Positions 27,871 to 38,408 are shown, counted from the first letter of the stretch. The stretch is 64,000 bases of DNA from Candidatus Iainarchaeum sp. (GCA_002687735.1 NZBD01000015.1:54499-118498); one strand, 5' to 3'. The notes: generated by a model from the sequence alone, not told the origin. Numbers and translations are program-made.

Positions 27871-29202
27871 CTACAATGCTGTTGCCCTTACTTTATCGTT
27901 GCTTTCTACCTTTCCTTTCTTTGCACCGATAATAAATTTGGTTTCTGCTTTTTCTGCAGCAGTCATAAGTCTTTTGGTTATTACTCCGTCAAAGATTATT
28001 GCATTTACTTTTTTCTTGGTTTTTCCAAGTTCTGTTACAAGGTCTTTAACTTTAACCTCTTTGACCGTTACATTTTTTTCATCAAGCATTTTTGCTTTCA
28101 TTGAACCTTTTAGTTTATCAAGAATTGGTTTGAATGTTTCTGTTTCTTCTTTGGTTAAAACAGAAATAAACCTAGGTCTTCTTGTTTCCCGTGGTTCTCC
28201 TGAATCCATTGGTCTTCTTGCGGGTCTCCGGTCAGTTCTATCACTTCTTTCATTCCTGCCAAAGTTATTCCTAGGGCCTCTGCTCATAGGTCTCCGGTCA
28301 CCAGTCATTGGTCTTGCTCTTTGAGGTCTGTCCCTGTAATTGTTTTCTCGTGAATAACTGGTTTGTTGAGGTCTTTTTTCTCCAAGTTCTTCACTTGTTT
28401 CTACTTTCCTTTTTAATGATTGGAGAATTTCTTTTCTTGTTAGTTCCTCAACTTCTTTCCCATCAGGAGCTTTTGCAATGTAAGCTACCTTTGCAATTTG
28501 TGCAAGTTTTCTTGCGTTTAAGATTCCGCCCCTATCTCCGTCAATGAACACAGTTATTTCTTTGGTTTTACTTAGTTCACTTATTGTCGGAGGGATATTA
28601 GAACCATTCATTCCTATTACATTTTTTATCTGATTTCTAAGCATGTTAATGACATCTGCTCTTCCTTCAACAACTATAATATCTTTACTTGTGTCAATAT
28701 CCGGGCCTGCGGGTAATTTATCCGGACCGTAACTTGATATATCTGATGCCCTTACTTTTTCTCTTAATTCATCCCCAAGCATTTGAGTATCAGGTTTTGA
28801 CTGATCCATCATTTTTTTCAAAAGTTCCTGAGCTCTGTTTTTGATCTCATCTCTTTTGTTTGTTCTGGTATCTTCCATGCTGACTATTTCAAATGATGCC
28901 TCGCTTGGACCTACTTTATCAACACTTTCAATTCCTGCTGCCAATAAACTTGTTTCTGCCATATCCATTGAGGATGGAACCAGTACTTCTCCTTTAGTTC
29001 TTCCCATTGCAGTTTTGTGGTCAATTTCTATTCTTCCAAGCTTTCCGTTTTTCTGAAGCTCTTTAAGATCCATTTCGTCTCCGAGTAAACCTTCACTTTG
29101 TCCGAAAATTGCACCAATTATATCTGGTTTGTCAACTATTCCGTCAATTTCAAATTTTAATTTGATAACGTATTTAACTGTGTTTACGTATGTTTTTGCC
29201 AT
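27871..29202 (-). CDS. dnaG: archaeal DnaG primase (Toprim) with Arg-rich low-complexity linker
   Basis: Archaeal DnaG N-terminus (MAKTYVNTVKYVIKLKFEIDG...) and Toprim (VVEGRADV, DGDRGG); ~60-aa R/P-rich insert. Confidence 0.8.
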   Translation of the reverse strand: MAKTYVNTVKYVIKLKFEIDGIVDKPDIIGAIFGQSEGLLGDEMDLKELQKNGKLGRIEIDHKTAMGRTKGEVLVPSSMDMAETSLLAAGIESVDKVGPSEASFEIVSMEDTRTNKRDEIKNRAQELLKKMMDQSKPDTQMLGDELREKVRASDISSYGPDKLPAGPDIDTSKDIIVVEGRADVINMLRNQIKNVIGMNGSNIPPTISELSKTKEITVFIDGDRGGILNARKLAQIAKVAYIAKAPDGKEVEELTRKEILQSLKRKVETSEELGEKRPQQTSYSRENNYRDRPQRARPMTGDRRPMSRGPRNNFGRNERSDRTDRRPARRPMDSGEPRETRRPRFISVLTKEETETFKPILDKLKGSMKAKMLDEKNVTVKEVKVKDLVTELGKTKKKVNAIIFDGVITKRLMTAAEKAETKFIIGAKKGKVESNDKVRATAL

Positions 29203-29230
29203 TTAATCATCTCCTTTGTTTCACTTAGAA

Positions 29231-29500
29231 TTAGAGTTTGAATGTGTTTTGGAGTTGTTCTTGAGTTATTTCTTTTAGGAGAATTTTTTTCTTTCTGTTT
29301 TTTTCTCCGCTTTTGATTTCTATTTTGGTTTGAAACAATTTCTCAAGCTCTTGGATCAGCTCTTTATTAGCTGCTCCTTTCAATGCTTTTTCTTTTACCT
29401 TGACTCGCAAGGCTTTTGTCCATTGGTTCAGACTAATTCTGAACTCCTTCGAATTTGGAATAACTTCCAAACTCAATTCAATATTTTTCAATTGTTTCAA
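29231..29500 (-). CDS. DUF167 (YggU-like) family protein
   Basis: LEV.P....I ... LKGAANKELI..L ... SG...R.K pattern. Confidence 0.5.
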   Translation of the reverse strand: MKQLKNIELSLEVIPNSKEFRISLNQWTKALRVKVKEKALKGAANKELIQELEKLFQTKIEIKSGEKNRKKKILLKEITQEQLQNTFKL

Positions 29501-29677
29501 GTTGATTAATCACTAATAACTCAATAATTTTTTCAACTGTAAAAACACAAAAACCTAATTCTTGGTTAAGTGTAATTAGTTCCCTTAGGAACTCTAAATA
29601 TAAATCGCCACGGAAATCTATATTAATGTTGCTTTTTTGAGCCTAAAATGGCTTAAAACCGGTTATTTTGGGTTTTA

Positions 29678-29860
29678 CTACACTCTTACAGCTTTTCCTC
29701 TAATTTTTTTATACTTTATTCCATCAATTATAAATTCTTTTCCGTTTGGCATATTTCGTATTGCTGCCTGTATCTTAGCCTTATGCTTGGCAGTAATACT
29801 TTGTCTTCTTTTTGGCCCTGGATTGTGTGATCGTGGAATTTTATCCCCTTTTTTTGACAT
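29678..29860 (-). CDS. hypothetical small basic protein
   Basis: 60 aa, K/R-rich. Confidence 0.3.
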   Translation of the reverse strand: MSKKGDKIPRSHNPGPKRRQSITAKHKAKIQAAIRNMPNGKEFIIDGIKYKKIRGKAVRV

Positions 29861-29920
29861 TATGAAAATTCAGTTTCTTATTTCACATTAAATTAAATAC
29901 TCGCAAATATATATTCTTTC

Positions 29921-30331
29921 TTGATGGCTCGTTACAACAAAGGCGCGAATGCTGAAAGGGAACTAATCAGAATGTTTTGGAAAGAAGGTTTTGCTGTTGC
30001 AAGAACCGCTGGTTCCGGAAAGAATGCTCTCCCAATGCCTGATTTAATTGCTTTGAATAAAAACCGTAAGATCGTGATTGAAGCTAAAGCCTGGCGTTCT
30101 AATTATTTGAACATTAATTTTGAACAAATGGAAGAACTCCTAAAATGGAAAGAAATTGCTAATGCTGAGGTTTTTGTTGCCTGGAAATACCCGAATAAGG
30201 GCTGGTTTTTCATTGATCCTAAGCATTTCAAAAAGAACAAGCATTATTCTCTTTCATTTCCCAAAGCTCAGAAAGTTGGTGTTGTTTTTGAGGTTTTTAT
30301 CGGAACGCAAAGTCAGTTAAGTCAGTCTTAA
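29921..30331 (+). CDS. hjc: Holliday junction resolvase Hjc
   Basis: Hjc-type PD-(D/E)xK: GANAERELI ... PDLIAL ... IVIEAKAW. Confidence 0.8.
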   Translation: MMARYNKGANAERELIRMFWKEGFAVARTAGSGKNALPMPDLIALNKNRKIVIEAKAWRSNYLNINFEQMEELLKWKEIANAEVFVAWKYPNKGWFFIDPKHFKKNKHYSLSFPKAQKVGVVFEVFIGTQSQLSQS

Positions 30332-30359
30332 AAATCCTCCTGAACTTAATTTCTATTGT

Positions 30360-30491
30360 ATGTTGGAACTCGAATTAATTATTGCTCAGCTTGAAAGACA
30401 GTATGAAAAAGAAAAGAGCATAAGAAAGAAAATCAATCTTGAAACTGCTATTAGTGCTTTGAAAGAATACGAGCGATTAAATCAGGAATAA
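30360..30491 (+). CDS. possible 43-aa coiled-coil micro-protein
   Basis: ATG-initiated ORF MLELELIIAQLERQYEKEK... directly after hjc; below the track threshold. Confidence 0.2.
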   Translation: MLELELIIAQLERQYEKEKSIRKKINLETAISALKEYERLNQE

Positions 30492-30506
30492 TTTTTTTTG
30501 CTAATT

Positions 30507-31160
30507 TTAGATCACAGTTGCAACAAAAAGCATTGTCACCGCTATTAATGCCATTATAGTCATTACAATCACAGTGTCAATTGCTAATGGGTTTCCAAAG
30601 TTAACGAAAAATAAAAACGCGTCTCCTATTCCAAATAATATTCCTAGTGCGAGTAAAGAATTTCCAATCAGCTTGTTCCTTCCGCCAATTCCCTTTAGCC
30701 TTACTTCATCCATATCTATCTGAACCTGCCTTACCGCTTCTCCTAATTCATTTAGTTTATTTTTGACACGTTCATTCAGGTCGTTTACTTTATGGATGTT
30801 ATCTCCAATCTGTTCCTGGAATGTTTTGCTCTGCCCTGTAATGTCTTTTTCATATTCTTTTAAATCACTTATAACGGCTTTTGTTAATTGCTGTCTTGAG
30901 TCATCAGCAGTATTCATTGCTTCTTCCTGAATGAATTTTTTTAGTGTTGGTTTTTCCTGTTCAAGTTCACTCTGGACAATTTTTTTTATTTCTCCTTTTA
31001 ATAATGCAAAAGTATCTGCCTGGCCTAAAAGTAAAAGTCGTTTTGCTTTTTCAGGTTCAACTCCTAAATCTTTCAGCGTGCTGATTATTTTTTCTTCGCT
31101 TTCCCCTTCCTTTACCATCTTTTCGATGATTTCTATAATGCTTGTTTCTTGTTTTGCCAT
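30507..31160 (-). CDS. hypothetical coiled-coil protein with C-terminal TM anchor
   Basis: 217 aa, helical, C-terminal hydrophobic segment. Confidence 0.35.
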   Translation of the reverse strand: MAKQETSIIEIIEKMVKEGESEEKIISTLKDLGVEPEKAKRLLLLGQADTFALLKGEIKKIVQSELEQEKPTLKKFIQEEAMNTADDSRQQLTKAVISDLKEYEKDITGQSKTFQEQIGDNIHKVNDLNERVKNKLNELGEAVRQVQIDMDEVRLKGIGGRNKLIGNSLLALGILFGIGDAFLFFVNFGNPLAIDTVIVMTIMALIAVTMLFVATVI

Positions 31161-31162
31161 TT

Positions 31163-31822
31163 TTATTCCACCATTATTACTTGTAATAAACGTTCGTTAG
31201 TATTTGAGGAACTCACATTAAAATAGATTGTGGTTTCCCCTTTCTGAGTTGGTAATAGGGCGTATTGTGTTTTTCCACATTCATCAGGCCCTAAGTTTAG
31301 AATATCTTTTTGAGGCGGTTCTGAAAAGAACCCGTTTTCGTGTTCCTCTTCTACAGTGAACTGCTGTTCTTTTTTCGATTTGTTGCAAATATCAAGTGAA
31401 ACCCTGAATGTTTTTCCAAATAGTATGTCGCTTGGAAAGTTTGCTTTTATTGTTGTTTCTCCTTTTGCCCTTATTGCAATTAATTTTTCAATAGTAGAAT
31501 GATAAGGAGCACTAATAACCAGAGTAACCTGGTTTCGGTTAAGTTCATTTAAATGAAGCAGTATTTTTTCCTGCGGTGCTAAAAATCTGAATGTATTAAA
31601 ATCAATTTCAAAGTTTCCTTCTTTATATTTTACCGAAACATTATGGATTACTCGGTCAGTAGTATTAACCAAGTAAATTTCCTTTTCCCCCTCATCTTCA
31701 TTAAATTCTTCCTGGATTTCTAATCCTCCGACAAACAGGAACAAGTAAACTATTATTATTGAAAATGCCAGATAAATAAACAGGAATATTGTGAGTATTT
31801 TTTTTCTTTGTTCTGGAAGCAT
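31163..31822 (-). CDS. hypothetical membrane-anchored protein
   Basis: N-terminal TM; no recognisable motif. Confidence 0.35.
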   Translation of the reverse strand: MLPEQRKKILTIFLFIYLAFSIIIVYLFLFVGGLEIQEEFNEDEGEKEIYLVNTTDRVIHNVSVKYKEGNFEIDFNTFRFLAPQEKILLHLNELNRNQVTLVISAPYHSTIEKLIAIRAKGETTIKANFPSDILFGKTFRVSLDICNKSKKEQQFTVEEEHENGFFSEPPQKDILNLGPDECGKTQYALLPTQKGETTIYFNVSSSNTNERLLQVIMVE

Positions 31823-31844
31823 AGTTTTAGTAGGCTGTTTTTTC

Positions 31845-32594
31845 TTATAAAACTATTTTTCCACGTTGAAAATCAATTATAAGGATCCTTGCCGCCTCAT
31901 TCATGTTCGGAGTGCCGCCTTTTGCCAGTTTTTTCCGCTTAAATGCAAGTTTTTCTAAAAAATCTTCCCCGTCTTTGGCATTTATTCCATAAAAGCTTTC
32001 GAGTTTTTCAGGGTTGCTTTTCAGTAATTCATTAGCAACTTCTATTCCTGTTCCTTCTAAATCTTCCAGGCTTTGAATGTTTTTTGCTGAAAGCAGAACC
32101 ATAAGAAGTTCATCTTTTTCCTCAAGCGGAATAACTCCCGGACTGTCAATAAGCATTACTTTGGAACTTATTCTCACATACTGCATTCCTTTTGTAAATC
32201 CGGCAATAGCTCCGACTCCTGAACTTTTTTTCCCTTTAAGCATGTTTATTACACTGCTTTTTCCCGTGTTTGGATAACCAACAACTCCTACCTTTACTTC
32301 GTTTTTTCCAGAAAGTTTCCCGATTGCTTCTCTAAGTTTTATTGTTCCCTGTTTCTTTTTTGCAGAAACGAAAACGCTTTTTACTCCAATTAGTTCTTTT
32401 TGTTTCTTTACATTTTCTTCAGAAACAAGATCGGATTTATTCAAAACAAGAAGTAATTTTTTCCCGCTTAATTTAATTATTCGTTCAAGTTCAGCATTCC
32501 TGCTTTTAGTCGGAAACCTAGAATCTATTACTTCAAGTAAGATATCCGCTTCATCAATAACTTTTTTCACTATTTTCAAAAAACCTTTTTTCAT
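31845..32594 (-). CDS. circularly permuted ribosome-biogenesis GTPase (YlqF/RbgA-like)
   Basis: Motif order G4 (LNKSD) before G1 (GYPNTGKSS) and G3 (DSPG). Confidence 0.65.
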   Translation of the reverse strand: MKKGFLKIVKKVIDEADILLEVIDSRFPTKSRNAELERIIKLSGKKLLLVLNKSDLVSEENVKKQKELIGVKSVFVSAKKKQGTIKLREAIGKLSGKNEVKVGVVGYPNTGKSSVINMLKGKKSSGVGAIAGFTKGMQYVRISSKVMLIDSPGVIPLEEKDELLMVLLSAKNIQSLEDLEGTGIEVANELLKSNPEKLESFYGINAKDGEDFLEKLAFKRKKLAKGGTPNMNEAARILIIDFQRGKIVL

Positions 32595-32597
32595 TTT

Positions 32598-32822
32598 TCA
32601 TAACGCTCCTTTAATCACATGGCCCGCTGTATTGAACAAATAAATCCCGCCAAATATTATTATTGCGAAAATTGCAAAAACTCCTGTTGGGTTTGATCCT
32701 GAAAATACATTGTTTATTGTAAAAATCTGATGCAAGCTTAAAAAGAAAGATAATAACACAAAGCTTCCGAAAACAACAAGTAATCCAATTGCTAAAAATA
32801 AGGTTTTCTTTGGATGAATCAT
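32598..32822 (-). CDS. hypothetical small membrane protein
   Basis: 74 aa, two TM helices. Confidence 0.3.
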   Translation of the reverse strand: MIHPKKTLFLAIGLLVVFGSFVLLSFFLSLHQIFTINNVFSGSNPTGVFAIFAIIIFGGIYLFNTAGHVIKGAL

Positions 32823-33178
32823 AGTAACTTTAGTTCTTTTGTGAATTTATTGATTTCTGATTCCGGAACAGGCCCAATTCCTACCGCGGTTGGCTCTCCT
32901 GCGGCTATCTGCGTTCTTCCTGCATCTTTGATTAATGAGCACGGAAAAAGATTTTTCAGTTCCTGAAACAATTCTAATAATTCTTCTTTTGAATTAACTT
33001 TCAGAACAATTTTTGCCTGTCCCTGATTTTTCCATTCCTCAACTGCTTTGGGATCTTTAATAAGTGTTTTTTCGTATGCCTCTAAACTAGCGTGTGAACT
33101 CTGGGCAGCTATTTTCCCTTTCCCCATTCCAAGGTCCTTTCTAAGAATAATAACTTGCTTGTATTCCATGGAAAACAT
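32819..33178 (-). CDS. pth2: peptidyl-tRNA hydrolase Pth2
   Basis: Archaeal PTH2 pattern (KQVIILRKDLGMGKGKIAAQSSHAS). Confidence 0.8.
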   Translation of the reverse strand: MFSMEYKQVIILRKDLGMGKGKIAAQSSHASLEAYEKTLIKDPKAVEEWKNQGQAKIVLKVNSKEELLELFQELKNLFPCSLIKDAGRTQIAAGEPTAVGIGPVPESEINKFTKELKLL

Positions 33179-33250
33179 TAGTTCGGGAGAGAATTTAAGG
33201 CTATCCTGCTCACAGAAATTATACTGCTGAATTTAAGATAAAGAGTAATT

Positions 33251-33754
33251 TTATTGAAAAAGATTCTGCATTGGGCTTGCAGTTGTTTCTTGTTTTGTTT
33301 CGGTTTCAGAAGTTGTTTCTTGGACTGGTGTTTCTTCCGTTGCTTCAGATTCCTGTATTGGTTCTTCTTTTTCTTCAGGTTCCTGTTTGGTTTCTTCAGC
33401 AACTCTGTCTCTCATTTCCGTCGGAGCTATCCCCTTGTAAACGATTTTTTTGGTCATTCCTTTTTCTCCCCATAAGTAGGCTAATGTTTCTTCCTGACCT
33501 TTATTTGCCCAGAGAGTTTTGTCTTTTATTTGGTTTTCACCAGGATTTTTTAAAGTGAATAAAGTGCTATAACCAAGTTTTACCCTGTCGCCCTGTACTT
33601 GTAATACTTTGAAAACAGATTCATCATTGCCATTTCCCTGAATCCTGTCAAACCCTTCGTTTTCTGAAGCAGTATATTCTTCAGTAGCAATGTCTTTTTT
33701 GAACGGCGGAGCCCAGTCTGCTTTAATAGTTTTAACCTCAAAAATTGCCTTCAT
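33251..33754 (-). CDS. hypothetical protein with acidic T/E-rich C-terminus
   Basis: 167-aa ORF, no motif. Confidence 0.35.
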   Translation of the reverse strand: MKAIFEVKTIKADWAPPFKKDIATEEYTASENEGFDRIQGNGNDESVFKVLQVQGDRVKLGYSTLFTLKNPGENQIKDKTLWANKGQEETLAYLWGEKGMTKKIVYKGIAPTEMRDRVAEETKQEPEEKEEPIQESEATEETPVQETTSETETKQETTASPMQNLFQ

Positions 33755-33859
33755 TCTAGGAGTAAGTCTCCCGAGGTTTATATATTTTCTGGTTCGGGAG
33801 GCGTTGTGTAGTAAGTGCTGGTTGATCTGGTTTTTGAAAGCAATAAAGAGTCGAAAAAA

Positions 33860-34985
33860 TTAATTTGATATTAATATCTTGCTTTGAGATAAAGCTGTTG
33901 GTGGGCCATCAGGGTTTTTCTCATCCCATGTTATTATGGCTATATCATATAATCCGTTTTCATATTCGGTAGTGTCTATTAATCCAGTCCAGACATCTCC
34001 TTGATCAGTAGCGAATGATGGAGGCCTCTCAGCTCCAAGAGGAGGCAAGTTTCCGCCTTCAAGGTAATAACCTATAGACTCGGCATCAGCAAACCCATCT
34101 TTTTTAATTGAAAGTCCCCTGTCCAAACTCAAAATATTTCTCACATAAATTTCTAACCGTAGCGTTCTGTATTTCTTCACACAGAGAAGGGTCATTTGCT
34201 TCAGAAGCTACCACTAAATAGCATTTATCTTTTGTCCCTATATTTTGGATAACATTGCATTTTGAATCATCTGCAGATACAATAGCTTCACAGTACAGTT
34301 TATTATCTGAGTTTGATATGTTTTCGCATAGTTGTAAATTACTGTCCTTTCTTGCAAACTCAAAATAACAAGAATCCTTAATATCAATGTCCGTTAATTC
34401 ACCACATTTGCTTGAATCCCCTAATCCAGTAGCCACTTCTTTAGAACAATTGTCTTGTGAATAAAATTCTTCTAAGGGAGGGTCAATTATTTTTCCACAC
34501 AAGGAAAAATCATTTTGTCTTGTTGCAAACGTAAAATAGCACCTATACTTATCTCTTTCACCATTCTCTTCACTAACAGCTAACTCACAAAGAGATGCAT
34601 CATCCAACGATTTTGCTACCTGTACAACGCAATTTTCTTTAGCGTTCTTGAAATTAGTGTCATTAGAAATGTTTTCGCATAAAGAAACATCTCTATTTTT
34701 TTCAGCTAAAACCCAATTACAATGATTTTTAAGCCAAGCACCATTAACTGTATTACAAAATGAGGCATTATTTATTGACTCTTCCTCTATTAATTGTTCA
34801 AGACAGTAAGTTTGGCCTGAAGGAGCATCAATATCATAGCACTCTTGTAGCCCTTGATTATAGGATAATGTTTGTTCCTCTTCCTGCTCTTGAGGAGCAC
34901 CTTGCTCCAAATCCAGGCTTTGAGTCGTACAACCACTCACAAGAACTGCCACCAAAGTAAGCAATCCAATTATTTTCAAATTCAT
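33860..34985 (-). pseudogene. Cys-repeat lipoprotein interrupted by a frameshift (two overlapping ORFs 34104-34985 and 33860-34195)
   Basis: Lipobox LVSGC after the signal peptide; repeated N.S.CE.I ... K..CY modules; the downstream ORF has no internal start and overlaps by 92 nt near an A6 run. Confidence 0.45.
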
Positions 34986-35094
34986 TCTTGAAATTATGTT
35001 TAATTCACTATAAAAAGCTAATCTTTCCTCAAATAGGAACCTCAATGTGTATTATCTACAAAAGCCTAAGTTCACTACATAAGAAACCATTTAT

Positions 35095-35376
35095 CTACAA
35101 CGCCGTAATGAACTGTGTTTTCATCTTGGTTCCTAGTGGCATACCTTGTTTTTTTGCTCTGCTTATTGTTCTTTTTCGCTTTTTTTTAGGGAGTTCTGGT
35201 ATAGAAATTCCTCTTTTTTCCATCCGGCTAATTATAGCAGAAACTGATGATGGACTTGCGTTTTCAAAACCTAGTTTATTGAGTTGTTTTGCTATTCTGT
35301 GTATTGGAATTGGTTTTTCTCTGACAATTTCAAGTATCCATTTTGTTTGGGTTTTTCCCTGAATTTTCTTGAGCAT
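35095..35376 (-). CDS. winged-helix DNA-binding protein
   Basis: 93 aa, wHTH pattern with basic C-terminus. Confidence 0.45.
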   Translation of the reverse strand: MLKKIQGKTQTKWILEIVREKPIPIHRIAKQLNKLGFENASPSSVSAIISRMEKRGISIPELPKKKRKRTISRAKKQGMPLGTKMKTQFITAL

Positions 35377-35408
35377 TAGTTAAATTAGTTTTCTGAATAA
35401 GTTAATGG

Positions 35409-35447
35409 TTTCGCACCGGCAACCAACCCTAAATTGATTTAAAAACC
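35409..35447 (+). promoter_or_regulatory. nurA operon promoter: box TTTCGCACCGGCAACCAACCC plus TATA (GATTTAAAAACC)
   Basis: The 20-nt string CACCGGCAACCAACCCTAAA is identical to the radA upstream region. Confidence 0.55.
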
Positions 35448-35466
35448 TCGAACCTTTGCTTTTACT

Positions 35467-36552
35467 ATGAATATGTCCAAAGTGATTGATTCAGCCGTTG
35501 AAACAATCCATTCAGGAGAGCAAAGAAAAAAGCTGGTTACTGAAAAGCTTACTCCGTTAAAGAATAAAGAATTCTTTTCTCCAGAGCTCCCTGAAAAAGC
35601 ATTAGTGCTTCCGGTTCAAAAGTGGGTTCCTGATTGCACAATCGGAGGCGTTGATTCTGGTTTTGTTGCTAAAAGATTAGCTTCTGTTGATTTGGTTCTT
35701 ATTAGAGCAATGGGTGTTTGTTTTGATTACAAAAACGGAATTGTTGACAAAGCAAATTATTATCCGGGTTATTTTCAGTTTCCGGAACCGCACTTAAGCA
35801 ACAATGCTTTAGAAGAGGATGAAGCCGAACAATCAAAATCTTTAATGCGTTTGAAAGAAGAGGTTAAAGCTTCAAAAAAATTAATAGAAGAACATTCTCC
35901 AAAATATTTGTTTATTGATGGTTCTATTGTTCCTCAGTATCAGGACAAACCCAGAAAAGATTCTAAGTTAACTGATAATTATATCGATATTATTCAGGAG
36001 TTTGAATCGTTTTATGAATTAGCTGAAAAAAATAACTGCACTTTAATTTCCACCGTGGAAGATTCAAGAGGTTCCAGATTTAGGGGGATTATTCAGGATG
36101 AAATTCTTGCAAAAGAAAAAATAGTTGAAAAAGAAAAATTAGAAGGTTTGTTTGATTCTGCTTTTTTAGATTATTTTTTAACAAAAGGAGAACGCTCAAG
36201 CTGTTTCACTTACACTAAAAATATTAAGCAACATCCTGTGCTTTCCGATTTCAGTGAAAAATGGAGCAATCACATTTTCGGTTTGTACATCAAGCCCTCT
36301 AATTACGATAAACCATTGAGAGTTGAATTTATTTCTAAAGGAAATCTGAAAGAAAAAGCTGATGAAGTTGCAAAGGTTGCTTTTGCTTTAAGTTCTTTAC
36401 ACCGAGAATACGCTTATCCAAGCATCCTCATAGAGGCGGACATGCATGCTAAATTGAAGCAGGATGAGATCGAAATTGTTTATAACAAAATAATGGATAA
36501 ATTAGGAAACTCAATTAAATTGAAAATGCGGAGAGACAACAGGCCTTTTTAG
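35467..36552 (+). CDS. nurA: DNA double-strand-break repair nuclease NurA
   Basis: NurA motifs GGVDSG, YLFIDGS and C-terminal YPSILIEADMHAKL. Confidence 0.8.
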   Translation: MNMSKVIDSAVETIHSGEQRKKLVTEKLTPLKNKEFFSPELPEKALVLPVQKWVPDCTIGGVDSGFVAKRLASVDLVLIRAMGVCFDYKNGIVDKANYYPGYFQFPEPHLSNNALEEDEAEQSKSLMRLKEEVKASKKLIEEHSPKYLFIDGSIVPQYQDKPRKDSKLTDNYIDIIQEFESFYELAEKNNCTLISTVEDSRGSRFRGIIQDEILAKEKIVEKEKLEGLFDSAFLDYFLTKGERSSCFTYTKNIKQHPVLSDFSEKWSNHIFGLYIKPSNYDKPLRVEFISKGNLKEKADEVAKVAFALSSLHREYAYPSILIEADMHAKLKQDEIEIVYNKIMDKLGNSIKLKMRRDNRPF

Positions 36553-36574
36553 GTTTTTGCAGGATTTGTTATTT

Positions 36575-36691
36575 ATGCTGTGTCCAAAATGCGGTAATGA
36601 TTCTTTTGAAGATCTTCCTCTTGAAAAAGGAAAACAAAAGAAATGCAAAAAATGCGGTTTTGTAGGAAATCCAATGAGTGATATTACATGA
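36575..36691 (+). CDS. zinc-ribbon micro-protein (38 aa) within the nurA-herA operon
   Basis: CPKC...CKKC; ATGA overlap with the next ORF. Confidence 0.45.
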   Translation: MLCPKCGNDSFEDLPLEKGKQKKCKKCGFVGNPMSDIT

Positions 36692-36870
36692 CTCAGGAAG
36701 GAAAAAAGAAAGTAACTTTCTGTTCAAGCTGCGGTTCTGTAAATATAAAACCAAGTTATGCAATGGGAACAATAGACAACAGAGTTGAGTGTCTGGATTG
36801 CAAAACTTTAGAGTTTCCGATTGAGGCTGAAGAAAAATTCAGGCAGAAATTTTTAGAGGAAAAAAAATGA
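36688..36870 (+). CDS. zinc-ribbon protein (60 aa) within the nurA-herA operon
   Basis: CSSC...CLDC; 4-nt overlaps with both neighbours. Confidence 0.5.
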   Translation: MTQEGKKKVTFCSSCGSVNIKPSYAMGTIDNRVECLDCKTLEFPIEAEEKFRQKFLEEKK

Positions 36871-38408
36871 CTGAAAATGAAGAAATAGGAACTGTAATTT
36901 CTACTCCTGAAGGGCCTTCTCCTAGTTCTTTGGATTTTGTTGTTTACTCAGGAACTTTACACAGAGGAATGTTTATTGAGTTGGATTACAAAGAAGGAAC
37001 TCTTGTAGCGCTAGTCACGGATGTTGTTAAAACAAACCGTTATTTTGAAAGAGTTGAATCAGTTAAAGAATTTGAGAGTTCAGGCACAAAACTTTTCGAA
37101 CAGTTTCCAACTCATGAATGGGAATTCCTTTTAGCAAAAACAAAACCTTTAGGGATTTATAATAAAGGAATGATTAAGCGTTCTTCTTTTCCTCCTTCTC
37201 CGGGAACTAAAGTAAGGGTTGCTACAAAAGAAATTCTCGAAAAGTTTTTAGGTTTAGATTTAGAAAAAGGTTTGATGTTAGGAAATATAGAACATCACGA
37301 TGTTTCAGTAAAATTAAACCTGTCAAGGCTTTTTCAAAAACATTTAGCTATTTTAGCAATGAGCGGAGCTGGAAAAAGTTATGCAATTTCTGTTTTACTT
37401 GAGGAACTTTTGGAAAGAAAAAAAGAGGATGGAAGACTTGCTGTTCTTCTTATGGATGCTCATGGAGAGTACAGGAATTTTGCTGAACCAGTTAAAGGTT
37501 CAGAGTTTAAGGATTTTTCTTCCAAAACAAAGTTTGTAAAAGCATCTGAAATAAGCATTGGGGTTTCTAAACTTTCGGCAGGATCTATTGCGGCAATGGT
37601 TCCTTCAATGTCAGGACCGCAAAAAAGAGATCTTGATAAAGTTTTTATGAGATTAAGAAGTGAAATGAAAGATGGGTTGGGTCCTTTTGATTTTAATGCT
37701 ATAAAATCTGAAATAATGAAAGATTCTGAGATTAAAGAAGCAACAAAACAAGCCTTAATAGGTTGGATTGTTTCCTTAGAACAGTTGAACCTTTTTGGAA
37801 AAACAGATAACCCAAGCATTAATGATTTGGTCAGGCCAGGGGAATTAACAATTATTGATTTGAGTGATGTTGTTGATCTGAAGAAGAAACAAATTATTGT
37901 TTCTTATTTTGCAAGAAAACTTTTCAATGAAAGGCGTAACAAACGCATTTCTCCTTTCACAATGGTTGTGGAAGAAGCGCATCAATTCTGTCCTGAGGGG
38001 GCTTCCAGAGAAGCTGCAATCAGCAGAAGCATTATAGAAACAATTGCAAGAGAAGGAAGAAAGTTTGGAGCTTCAATTTGTTTAATTTCCCAAAGGCCAA
38101 TTAATCTTTCAACAACTGCTTTGTCTCAATGCAACACCCACTTAATTCTAAGAGTAACTAATCCTTATGATCTGAAACATATTGGGGAAACAAGTGAAGG
38201 TCTTGATTCAAGAAGCACTGATATGATAACCTCTTTGAGAACCGGGGAAGCATTAATGGTTGGGGAAGCAGTCAATTATCCTGTTTTTTTTAAGGTTAGA
38301 AAAAGACTTTCTCAGCCTTCTATGCACGAGAAAACTCTGGAAGAGGCTTCTGTTGAGTTTGAGGAAGTAAAGGAAGCTTCTCAAAAGGACATTGAGGATT
38401 TACTCTGA
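36867..38408 (+). CDS. herA: HerA helicase (FtsK-HerA superfamily ATPase)
   Basis: N-terminal HAS barrel, Walker A AILAMSGAGKS, Walker B LLMDAHGE, arginine-finger region. Confidence 0.85.
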   Translation: MTENEEIGTVISTPEGPSPSSLDFVVYSGTLHRGMFIELDYKEGTLVALVTDVVKTNRYFERVESVKEFESSGTKLFEQFPTHEWEFLLAKTKPLGIYNKGMIKRSSFPPSPGTKVRVATKEILEKFLGLDLEKGLMLGNIEHHDVSVKLNLSRLFQKHLAILAMSGAGKSYAISVLLEELLERKKEDGRLAVLLMDAHGEYRNFAEPVKGSEFKDFSSKTKFVKASEISIGVSKLSAGSIAAMVPSMSGPQKRDLDKVFMRLRSEMKDGLGPFDFNAIKSEIMKDSEIKEATKQALIGWIVSLEQLNLFGKTDNPSINDLVRPGELTIIDLSDVVDLKKKQIIVSYFARKLFNERRNKRISPFTMVVEEAHQFCPEGASREAAISRSIIETIAREGRKFGASICLISQRPINLSTTALSQCNTHLILRVTNPYDLKHIGETSEGLDSRSTDMITSLRTGEALMVGEAVNYPVFFKVRKRLSQPSMHEKTLEEASVEFEEVKEASQKDIEDLL

